A stretch of DNA of 64,000 nt, taken from contig OZ365111.1 in the NCBI GenBank assembly GCA_977030845.1, positions 42,284,001-42,348,000 of the forward strand, given 5' to 3'. The stretch comes from Fimbriosthenelais zetlandica (Eukaryota). The position numbers and the translations under genes are program-made. Each line of letters opens with the position of its first letter. The first letter of the stretch is position 1. Below the pieces are notes generated by a model. The model searched no databases. It saw only the letters and a program-made list of their open reading frames with translations, and was not told the origin of the DNA. Below are positions 11,157-23,500 of this stretch, piece by piece.

Positions 11157-14100
11157 TTATTGTTGGTGAGCCAATCACGTGTGACCGTTGCTTTTTGTAT
11201 CGATTGGGGGCGCTGAATGCCTCCCCAGACCAACAGGTGCTAAGTTAGAAATGGCGAACTTTATGCCCGTGCGTGGAAAGTAGGCTTTTATTAGGACTGA
11301 GGGGAGAGAGAAGGAGGAGCAAGGGCGAGGACCGAGGTCATCCATACGTCACTAGGACAATGGGTGACGTGAAGGATATGACGTCAGCGGAAGTGGCGCG
11401 TGGACGCCAGCCAGGCTAACTGACGTCTTCTTCATCATGGGAAGCAACACTCCAATTCTTGTCAAATGTTACACTCAGCAAAGTCTATCGCGACCCCGGA
11501 ATGCTTCCAAGGGAAAAAATTCAAAACCAATTGTTTAGGATTCAGCCTATTTATTCCAATTAACTTCCTATGGCCTATTTAATACCCCGAATGGAAGCAG
11601 AATGCAGTGAAAGACGAACCAACTGTCGTTATTCACACCCGCCTATTGTTAATTGTCAGGGGCTTACTGCTGGCTTATTGACAGTTTATGCAAATGAAGC
11701 AGATTGCATGACTCCTTGATAAAGGAGTTGGCCCCCAATAACTTGTCCTTTTTCCAATATTAAAGCTTTTTCCATATCCCCTGGGAAAATAAACCCACCT
11801 CTTTCGAAAATTAATTTCAATTCCTGAGGATTATTGTTCTAATTGACTTTCTATTCTCCATAATTACTTTTTACGTGCATGTATAGCGCATTTTTATTAT
11901 GGAACATGGTCTTGGATAATGTTGGAAAGCAAGGGTTTGGTAGGCCTACCGGTAATCAAATCTAGGTATAACCAGGAAAAGTGGGGATCAGTCAGAGATA
12001 CCTTACCATAGAGCCACGCCATATGGCTGAGGTTAGAGGGGATAAATATATGGGTGTGAGTCTTAGCTCTCACAGGATTTGGGGGTTGGGGGTTGGAGTG
12101 GGAGGGGCAGGGATATAGCGGGTATGACTGAACTGTGGAAAGAAGGTGTATTACGCATACCCCATAAACCCACTTGTCTATCATCAGAGACGGATATTTT
12201 CTGAGAAACAAAATAGTTTAAATAAATAGATATACTGTACTTTCCTGCACATTGTACAAATCCATTTTATCTAATGGGACAAAATAAATATCAAAATTAA
12301 TACAGATCAAAATTTATGTAATATATCAATTAATTTTAATACAATCTATTGTAACCTACTTTCTAGTAATAATTGCAATTTTGAAAAATAAAATTAAACT
12401 TTATGGCCATTTTATCAATATGTAGCTCAAAGAAATAGTGTTTTGATCTTTGAGCTGAGGGCACTGGGTCAGTCACACCCCCGCCAACCCCCTGATTCAC
12501 CTTCCCTATTTATAATGTACATACCCAGTCATACCTGAGTGCAGGTAGAGGGTATGTGGAGAGTCTGGTATACAATACCCACCAAAAGTTATTTCTAGAA
12601 ATGACATTACCTTCCTGTATAAGTGGGGCAAATGAGTATTCTAGTAATTAGACGATGTCCTAACTTATATATGCCTATACATTCTTTTATACACATAATT
12701 CTTCATTTTTAACCCCAAAACAAAGTACACGTACATGCATGGGTAGTTAGTCATTTGACAGCCAAAATTAACGCTAGAACCTATATCAGGTCATGAATGA
12801 TTGCAGATATCCATTTCTTCTAGTGAATTGTGAGGTCCACAAATGGCTTCCTTCTCGAGAATTACCTAGTCCTTTTCCCACAATCCGCTGATTGTGTATT
12901 AGTGATCACACTTCACAACAGGGGACACTTTGGGTTTGGGTAACAGATATACAAGTGCTATACATGTATATGTACAACTAGTGCCTGGCCGCCACAATTA
13001 CGTAATCTAATGAGGGGGGGGGGGACATAAAGTATTGCATTTTATATTCCCTGTATAAGGTAAAACATTATTTAGTGTAATAGTACGGGGGTAGGGTAAT
13101 GTTGCGTAACATTTGGTCCCAGGATTCCTCCCAGCATCTCTCTCTTTCCCCTCTCCCCTCATCTCTCCCCCTCCCTCCCGCTCTCTCTACCTCCCTCCCC
13201 CCCTCTCTCTGTCTTCTCTCCTGGAATGGAAGCATGGACACCCAGTTCTGTTCTTATAGTGCAGCTCCGGGTGGCAGGGAACCGTGGCGTATCTTCTGAC
13301 CGCGGTATGAACCCCACCTAAACGGTTAAAACCCCTACTTACGTGACATGCACATGCTGGTAGATAATATCATGTACAGAGAGGTGTGCAATTTCATTTT
13401 AGATCTCCCCTAATGCCCACCCTGCATAATATGACTCCCTTTCAAAATTCATACTCAGCCCTCGGGGCAAACACTATGGCATTATGAGAACTATATAGGC
13501 CCACACAGTGGTAAGTTATCGTTCAAATACATCAGAACTGTACCTCAATAATTTATACCTCACAAATGTTTATGTAATGTATAAGACTCATCAAAATGGC
13601 AAATAGATGAGTTGAATGGTGCCATGTTTAATCTTGCGATCGTTGCATGTGACTTGAGGACAATTCGCCTGCTGCCTTTTCAGGTCCATTGCATTAATTG
13701 AAAGAGTAATTTTTCTGTTAAATTGCTGTGAAGAATTGACCGTTATTTCACTCTGTGCAATACCAGATAATAGCCAAGAAAATTAAAAGAGAATGCACTT
13801 CAAACTACATTGATTTACATTTGATGTTAGTCCGAATATATTATTTATAAAGTTCAAATCCTTTTGTACTTCGATAGGCGTTCGGAATTATTGCCTTTGA
13901 AAGAAATTAACAAAGACTTAAAATTCCCAATGTCAAAACAAAATGGGTGGTTTAATCACCATTTAAAAAAAGAAAGATTCATCAATCTAGGCTATATAGA
14001 CAAATCATTGTTATCTTTTCCAAGTGCCTTGACTGGACTTGAGATTTGTTTATGCCATACAGAGAATGGGATTCAATAAATCGTTGTCACGAGCCTTTTG

Positions 14101-15602
14101 GTAACCCTATATACATAAATTTACAGTTTGAACATGACTGTTTGGTCATTTCTAAAGCTGCCTGTATTGAATAGAGATCTTGTGGTCGAAGCCCATGTAG
14201 GGAGTTCCGTGAAGACCCCTCAAGGGTCACTTCTAGGAAGAGCATAGAGAAGGACTGAACTGATACTGATAGGAAGTTCACAGAGTGCATGAAACCTGAC
14301 TAAATGTAAGTTAACAACAAGCTTCTCATCAGGATCTCAGAAATAACATGTCTCCAGATTTAAAGGTAAAATGTCGCGGATTCAATCAATTTAAGACTGA
14401 ATATGCATACATACATATATTGAAATTCTGTGAAAGTTACGATATAAAACCTTTTACCCTCTTTATAAAAAGTTATTTTTTTTATATAAATAAATGATAT
14501 ATCAGCCTATTGTGAATCTGCTTTTTATATGTTTTACCAGAGTTTTATTTTCATGAGCCATATTGTAACAGTTCCGCCAACCACACATCATTTCCAGACA
14601 TTTCCTGGTCAGAACAAAACATAAACAGATTCAAGTTGACTTTTCTATGCGCGCATCCCGATGTTAAAATCTGTACCATACACAGAATGAATAACAACTG
14701 GTACAGATAGTAGCGGAGCGAGATTTTTGGTGGATCACGTAAGCCGAAGGGAAAACCCCTCCAAACCAAAGCGAGACGCCATCGCAGTGACGTCATGACT
14801 ACATGTCAACCCAATTCTCGCCGTGAACGAGGTTAAGATCGTGACTGATTCTCTAAGCATGTTATACACAAAGCTCAATGGACGATGAGGCGAAGAGGCT
14901 GCGACCCCCCACTCCCCACCCCAACTTCCCCACTCCCCATAACCCACCCCGAAATAACTTTAGAAACTGATAATCAAGAAAACAGTAAGCATCGGTCAAT
15001 GTGCCCCCATCCCCCCGGGCTGATGTGGAGGTTTCAAACCAAAATCAAAAACACTAATCTGAATCCCCAGTATAACAATGTGTCCTATAAAGTATTGGTC
15101 TGAAATCCCAAGGTTTGAATATGGTATCCTGTATAATCTAGTATGATTCCCGGGTGTGGGGATTTAAAATACTGAATGAATCTGATTTTGGATCTCTAGG
15201 TGTTTTTGCCCCCACTGACCTGAACCCCAACTTCAGGTGGGAATCGAAACACATTGACTGGTGCATTACCAATAGCCCCAGGACTCTCTAACGTAATGTA
15301 AAACAAGAAACCAGTTGAACTAACACCATTCCCCTAGATGAAAACAAATAATTATTTGCTAAAAACCTGATACATAGAACCAAAGAAAGGACACCATAGG
15401 AAAATAATCCCAAATATCCTAATTAATATGAAACAATAAAAAATCATGGAGGATGCGAAGATATGGTTGGGATTTAACGGGAAGTGTTCTTCTAAATTAA
15501 TGATGATTATTTTGAAAATTAATATTATTCCCGTGAAGTTTGTTTTGTAACATTACTTTGTGTACAAATGACTGCATACCATGCACATTACATGAGGCTA
15601 TT

Positions 15603-15776
15603 AAGAGGTTAAACCACGAGTGAAACGAGTGGTTTAACCTCTTTATACCACGACTGAATTTTTTTTAATACCAATCAAAAGTTCACAAATAGTGTAATTC
15701 GATTCCCTTTTCCTTGTATTGATACAAAATGACTACAAGGAGAAATTAAACTTCGGTGTCGTCGTCGTGGTATAAA
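15603..15776. mobile_element. Palindrome-bearing non-autonomous repeat; second copy at about 39195-39290 in opposite orientation
   Basis: Perfect 15-bp inverted arms 15603-15617 / 15629-15643; second inverted pair 15642-15654 / 15764-15776; 15681-15730 matches the reverse complement of 39195-39244 at 47/50. Confidence 0.7.
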
Positions 15777-18700
15777 AAGCACTAGTCCCCACAGTGAGTA
15801 GGGTATAGAAAGTGACCAGTTCCCCAGTTAATGCTCGTCGAGTAGAAGGGGGTTTCCACTATCACGATAGATCACTAAGCTAGGTAGCAGTTAAGAAAGC
15901 TGCTTATGCAATAGAGAAATAGCTACAATGTAGCCAAAATATAATTACGTGATTCTAATTACATGTAATTCAATTCATCCACATAAATAATATGTGTGAA
16001 AAATATTTCATTTGATACAGTTTTCAAGAGTAGAACTATACAAACGATTTTGGGCTACATTTTAGGCTTTGTCTCCCCCCAAAATTACTGTTAGAGCAAA
16101 AAATATAATATTCAAAAGGGGGTCGAGCCCCTGGACCCCCTTTGGATCTGCCTTTCTGTTAAGCTCAGACCTGAGATTACCGGAAATGGAAGCGTCAGTT
16201 ATTAGTATCGCGCCGCGGGTGACCGGAGACCACTCTTGGTGCAGCAAACAACAATTTGCGTCTCATTATGACTTCAGCTATAACCTAGTCGACATAAATA
16301 GATAGTGGGTCAGTGGGACAGTGTGGTCAGCAACATCTTGACCTAATTAACATGATTAATGAAGGCCACTTCACCTGCTTTTATTTATCTTCCCCGGTTT
16401 ATATTGGGTAATCTCTCTGGATCGCCAATTGTTTTAACACATTTACCCAAAGTCTTATCTGGCAAAACTAGATTCCTTAATTAAATTAGGTAGCATATTC
16501 CTTAGCCTGGTATAAGGCGATGCCAGGACAATTTTCTGAGAAACTGCATCAAAGTGAAATTTATTATCTACATAGGCCTACATGGTGTATTATGGAATAA
16601 ACATTTCCTACATTGAGTTTGATGGACAGATGAATTGCTTCCAAACAGATATATCATTCTTATTCCAAATGATAACGTCAGTTCTCCTAATGACATGAAA
16701 AACTTTGTCATACAACTGAATTTTACTCAGCAGAAAGTGAAGGTAACAATGTTCAACATAGAGCACCCACATCTCACATGTTGAAAAGATATTACAGCAT
16801 CCATACAAATCATCAATGGTGTATCTGCTGATCATTGACAAGGTGCCTGGGATATGACATTCATATACAATAGTTGAGTTGTGTAACACATGTTGGTCTT
16901 ATACTGGTCCAATAATACACCAGCAGCACATCGACTTTTATATGAACAGATCCTTTATATTCTTTTGTTCTCTTGTCAGATAAGAATTGAGATAGTAATT
17001 TGCCTTGCGACCTTTGTCGTTCGAAATTTATTATTTTGTTGGTCGTTATGATTTTTTTGTCATTTTTTTTTTGTCATCTGCCTTTGTCGCATAAAAATGT
17101 CATTGGTAGCAGCTATATTGATTGATCATTCAAATAGAGTTGGGATTTTTAATCCAATGCCTTGCCATATTTTTCGTGCAAAAGGACTAAACGAGTTGGG
17201 CCTTCATATACTCTCAGTATTTCCTACAAAAGCCTACAATAATAATATAACCACATCCTGCTAAACAGAAAGCGGAATTATTCCATATATGAAAAAAACA
17301 TCCAGCAAACATACGCTTGAGGTTGTCCTTTTAGCAATTTAGGCCTACCTCCTTAACGCTTGGCACTTAAATTATATAATAAAAGTAGGTCTGTATAAAA
17401 AGACGTCTCTATGGAAGGAGAGACAGTGGGTAGAGAGATGTATCACGCAGGGCGTCTACCAGCTATAGGAAATGGAGCAGTACACGTCATGGTTACCATA
17501 GAAACCGTGTATTATGTAACTTTTCTAGGTTAGGTCGTCTGATGGTTTGGATCCGGTAGTCCAGCAGACTTCCCAGGGGCACTCTAAACCAAATTGGGTA
17601 CTGACACTCACTGCTCCTCAATGATTATCCACAAGAAAAAACTTCATCTTAAAAAAAGGAATAGATGATTTTGAGTAAAAGGAACGAACATCCAGGCGGA
17701 TTTAGATTTTTTTATGCGGGGGCGGGGGGGGGGGGGGGGGGCATGGAGGGGTCAGCCCTATGAAGAGGACATGGGCTTTGTCTCAGGGACCACCCCGCAT
17801 GAGTAGCTCCTGGATCTGCACATTGAATATGGCTGCCGTTTTAGTTTTGAGTACCCGCCTGTATCCATAGGCCACGCACTGATCTGAGAATCTGAGAATC
17901 TCTAAGAAAAAACTATGGTTCTTATTCCTCAGTGGGCGGTCAACAGGAATAGGATATTAATGCTTTAAAACGACACGGGCAAGTATAGGATCAATGTTAC
18001 AGGTGTGATATAGTTCCTATTCATTATAATCTGGACAACATAATAACTGTCAGAAGAATTTATTCTGTATTTGGTGACGTGCAAAACATTCTATGACAAA
18101 GATCTATACATGTAGGTTATGTATTCTATTGCCAGCATGAATATAACAATTTCATGGAAATAATTCAAATGGCAGTGAAAGCTGCTATGAGATAAAGAAT
18201 TACAATAGTTTGTAGTATTTATTAAATAATTGTTTATGTAGTCATAATTTCCAATAGTGATAATTAATTTAACAATAGAAATGTTATGAAATATGTTCAT
18301 CGTCGAGATAAAACTTTTCAAAAACAATTGGTGTGCGGAAATAAAAATCAAAAGCTTCAGAATAAATTCAAATGTAATGAAATTGATGATGCGGTACGAT
18401 GGTTGACATTTAAAAAAAATTAAAGCGGCACTCTCACTAATTGGCGTTATCGGTACTATCACTAATAGCTCTGCTAATCAGAAAGCAGAGCTGAAAAGGA
18501 AAAGTGATATAGAGCCGATATAAAGCCGATTACAACATAGAAATGTATGCAGGTGTAGGTGTGGGATAATACCCAGGATTATCCATGTGTGTAGGGTTAT
18601 GTGTGGCATTATTGATAAGCTTGAGGAAATCAGAAATAATTCCCAATCCTTGACCTCCATATATAAGCTTAACAGGTTAATACCCTTTCAATAGCCTAGG

Positions 18701-20417
18701 TGTTATAGATGCCAATAGATAAAAACTCAACTCTTGTGGCTACACCAAATGAAATTCATAATGAGTCAAAAAGATAAAACTGTATTTATAATCGGAGGTT
18801 TAAAAAGTACCCGAAAATTGGTATAGTGTAATATGACCTAGTGTGGAAGTTTTTATGAAGCAACAATTACTCCAAACTGATGTGCTAAAACGTGATTATT
18901 GAAACACCTGATTCAACAAGGCGTGTGTCAAATATGTCAATAAAAAAGAAAATTCATCGTTACCGTTGTGACATAAAAATGCACATGTCGGTTGTTTGTT
19001 ACAAGTGGCGGCGATAAACACGCAACGTTCAGTTAACGAGGCTGACAACATGCCTTCATCACGTCATAAATACTGATACTCTCATAGTCCAAGTCTCTAA
19101 CTCAATTTTATTTGGTTGGCTAAAAATCACTATTGAAAGAGACATGCTATATTATTGCATGGTGATTCTAAAATCAACTTCAATGTTCTTCATGCTCATT
19201 TCATACAATTGAGTGTCCCCAAGTCCTTGTAATATTTTTCGGAGAAAATGATTTCCACAAGAGATGCCCCCGTCCGTCTTTTATATATCGAAAAAAAAAT
19301 CATCTCTCATTAGTATTTAAGGGTATGCCCCCTTGCCCCCACAGAGTATAGGCCCATGGGAAGAGAAATTGGTCTGAATAATTATCAGGTGAATTATATA
19401 CATGTAATAATCATTAGGTGAATAGGGGGTCGTTAACGCTCGTTACTCGGTGCGGTGAACGTTACGTGACCCCGTATGAAACGTTAGCTTGTAATCGTAA
19501 TGTAAGTTGTATGCAAATAAACAAGAATAGCTCGCGGCTAAAGTGGGAATAATCGAGGATACCGCATTGTCCAATCTAAACATCCGCTTCCAGATAACAG
19601 GAACATTACAAGTAGGAAACTAATCCCAATTTGATCCTGTTCGAATCATACTAGCTTTTATGAATTACAATTTAAGGTATAAACGGGAAAGGTAATTAAT
19701 ATCAGTATAGAAATATCTTGCTTCTCCCATTCATACTATAAATATATATATTAGATTAAATATTAACTTTTACAAATGATAAAAGCCAGTAACGTCTATA
19801 ATGTCTATCCAAGTGGGCCTAAAAAATATTACTCAGTCGTGATTATATCCAACCGTCTGTAGATTGGCATAAAAAAATCAACAAGTCAAGAGATTTAAAA
19901 GCAAGACATGAACAAGAAATATATATGAAACAAAAGTACACTTTTATTCTTTTTTTATATCATCATATCATTTCGAGGTATTCAGTTTTACAAGGCAGAA
20001 ATATCTATGGCATTATTAAGTCCAGCCTTCTCAATGTGTGTGATAGTCGGATGGAGCCTCAATTCTCCATTACTGCGGTTATTTATGGATGAGACAGTGA
20101 AATACACGTGTACACATATGGCACGCTCTTTTTCTCTGACCTTGGAACAAATGACCTCTGTCCTTTAGCATTCTTTACCCTTCACCCGTGCCCAATCGCT
20201 TTGTATCTAGAATACATGGGCAAAACTATTGAATGATTAAAGCTGTTCTTGCTTATATTTAAGCAAATTAATGTACATTTAATGTAAACAATTCAGAAAA
20301 TATAACATTGAAATTAAAGCTGTTTATGTTGCAGAAAGACAAAATAAGACTCCGGGGCAATGCACCAGAAGGCCCTAGAACAATGTATGCTTTCATAAAG
20401 GTAGAAGACGACACAAA

Positions 20418-20504
20418 GGGCTTGTTTCAGAACGGAGATGCGCAACATCCACCAATTAGTCTATATGGGCTGTAGCAGCGCAACTTTCAGCTGAAACAGC
20501 CCCC
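20418..20504. mobile_element. Short MITE of the same GGG(G)C-TGTTTCA TIR family
   Basis: GGGCTTGTTTCAG ... CTGAAACAGCCCC imperfect inverted termini. Confidence 0.45.
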
Positions 20505-23500
20505 GGCCAGTTTCATAATTAAGCTAGATTAGGCACAAAAACTACATGATATTTTGGTCAATATTTCTCGAGTAAACCCTTTGTTTTTGAATATAAGGCA
20601 TTCTTGTCATTCTCATGGAAAAGTATTGTTCCAAAAGCACAGATATAGTTTTCATATAGCGTGGGTGAAACTATGAGTATATATTAATATCTTATAGGTG
20701 GCATAGAAATTCAGAGGACAGCGGTCAAAGATCCCAAAGGCAAAGAGCAAAATAAAATCTCCCAGCACCACATGGTTTAACAATAGCTCCCTGACAACTC
20801 CAGTTATACCTCCAATATTTATCACTTAGCGACCAAGGGACTACTTATTTATAAATGTACTTTTGACCTGTACACGACATTGTCACTGAATATCCCAAAT
20901 ATCATTTAATGAGCGAACAAAACGCTCTCTCCAGCAAGCACTCCATGGCAAATTATAGGTTGTCAAATGTAATACGCACAACGTAAAGATTTCTTAACAG
21001 CTTTCCGGTTATACATACAGGCTTCGTTTATAACGAAATAAAGCTTCCTCATGAGTAATCCATATAAGACATGGTGATACAATGGTATATTTTCCAATCA
21101 AGAACTTGGACAGATATGATCATTCAATGGTACTGCTAAAATTATAGTGTCTCCATAAATTTTGTCAAGCAGTTACCAATGTCAATAACCGAGTGACATT
21201 CCCCTTTTTAAAGCTTCGGCGGTAGAGAAAGAAATACTTTAAGTTTTAAACAACAAATTCCATGAAGCAGAAAATGCAAAAATACAATTATGAACAATAA
21301 TAAAACACTTACAAACTTATTGAAATCTCAAACCGAAACAGAGAAGTAATCTTATTACAATTTAAAGCGATCCAATACCTTCACAACACATTTTTCCTCG
21401 GCGTACACATTTATTTCGTATGTGATTTTTTTGCTTAAAGCTCTTGTACAACTGCATTGAACAACTTAAAGTGTTCTGGGCCATGTACAGTGGCTTGTGT
21501 GGCTCTCAGAGAATTGAAATATCACACATATTATCACTATATATGCACCACAACAAGGTGCTGGATGAAGAAAACACCCCAAAGACAAAACATATCTACA
21601 ATTTAATTATATTTATCATTTTTGTCTCCGGGTAATGCTTCATTCTCATGTAAATGTCCCAGAACACTGTACTCACTTGGTGACAACAGCAAACAGAAAA
21701 ACCATCAAATATTACCAATGTATAACTTTATAACTTAATTAATAATTAAGACAACATTTAGTCTTTTGGACTACATGTACTTTCCTTCTTTCCCTCATAG
21801 AACTGAAGACAAAAATTTCGATAACAATTTCGAACATCAGAAATTTAACAAATTTAGAAGTGCCTAAAGCAGGCAATAGCCTAAAACTTTCTGTCATTTT
21901 AGGCCAATGTAAACATAGTCTAGTCACTTATGAGGTAGAAGTGGTCAGCGAGTTTGGACATTAAAGATACGGACCCATATGATTCCAGATTTTCTTATTC
22001 CATCCCATTTACAACAGACACAATGCAAATGTAAAATGCATAAAAATGGCGTTTTTGAAGGATTGTTTTTGCCAAACTCAAAACATTATATTCGCATGAT
22101 TTACTGTCAAGAGCATGACAATGCCAAATCCAAGTTTGACCTAAAAATTCTCAACCCATTAGAAATATTTAGATGGTAAAAAAGGAATGAGACAAAACAT
22201 TTCAAGAAATGAAGATGGGATGGAAACGTACCTTGAAAGGCCCTGCCACATCAATGTTTCAGACATTATTATTTTGAAAAGAATTTCGAGAGAAGAATAC
22301 ACACCAGTATCACCGTGGCTGTAAAATTACTATTTTTCCACCAAGGATTACAGCACTATAAAAAATAACTGTCATTTTACGATGGATCACCGTAATTCTA
22401 CAGGAAAGTACACTGCTGAACAAATCCATTGATACACAGTGACTGCCCATAAATAAACGGTAAAGTATAGCCAAGACTGCCTCCTCCTCTCTTCCACTAG
22501 CTTACCAATGATAAATTTCACCCTGCCCCATATTATTTTACCAATAAGAAAATTCCTACTACCACTTCTAAGCACAATGACATATATACGATCAGTACTT
22601 TCAGTGTTAAAAGGTGCCAATAATATTTTCGTTGGCATATATGAAATGAGATCGTCTGAGAGGTGCATTTTCTGACACATTTTGGCAGTGTTCTTGGCCG
22701 ACACAATATGGCACACTTAACAACACATATTAAAGATTCAAGAAACGTGCAATTTTCGTCGTAATATCAACAGTCCATATTCACCTGGCTGATATTAGTA
22801 TAATATACACCTATAATCTTTGGTATCGGATTCAATATAATAGAGGCACTTGTTTTAGGTTTCTTTCATCCTAATATTATTTCTTACCGTAATTAATATA
22901 GTCAACAGTCCTTCATAAAAAACCAAGAACATTGCCAGCACGCTCAGATGTATTATAGATAAGGGGTCGTCAGTGCGTGCCAACCACCGAATTTACCCCA
23001 AGATGGCCGCATTCCATGGGGAAGGTCAGAAAACTCAGCACAAAAATATTACTGCCACCGGAAAGGCTTACTTAAGTTTTCTTTCCATCCCCACTTTGTC
23101 ATATGTTTTTCAAGCATGAAAAACCCTTAGATTGGGAAGTAATACATGTGGAAATAGAGGAAAAAAGACCCTAAAACTCCATTAATATCACAAAAGGGTC
23201 ATTTCCTGATATAGCCACAAGAATACCATGTTTGAATACAACATAATTTTCCGTCGCCTACAGAATATCACACATTTATATCTCATATAATAATGATCAT
23301 GTAGTACATGTACATGGACTATATAAATACATTATCTTTTTCACAGACGTAACAGTAAAGCTATTTCCCATACCGATTGGTTTAAATCATCCATAGCATG
23401 AATGCATGAATACAAGCAAAGGTTTCTGAGGTTTTTGTCTTGAATACTAAAAACATTTCATGAGACTGGGGTTCGGTAGTGCACCCATGCTTCTCAGATG

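Noticed and set aside
16600-16890. Possible decayed coding fragment on + (...NDMKNFVIQLNFTQQKVKVTMFNIE...)
   Set aside because: Interrupted by stops, no motif I recognise, no convincing splice sites; needs TBLASTN/BLASTX.
17690-17825. hAT-like MITE relics with GGATC-GC ends (also about 16060-16155 and 32020-32190)
   Set aside because: Ends too degraded to pair and no 8-bp target duplication found.
20530-21200. Possible LINE or pseudogene remnant on the minus strand
   Set aside because: All frames are broken and I could not identify RT, endonuclease or other diagnostic residues.
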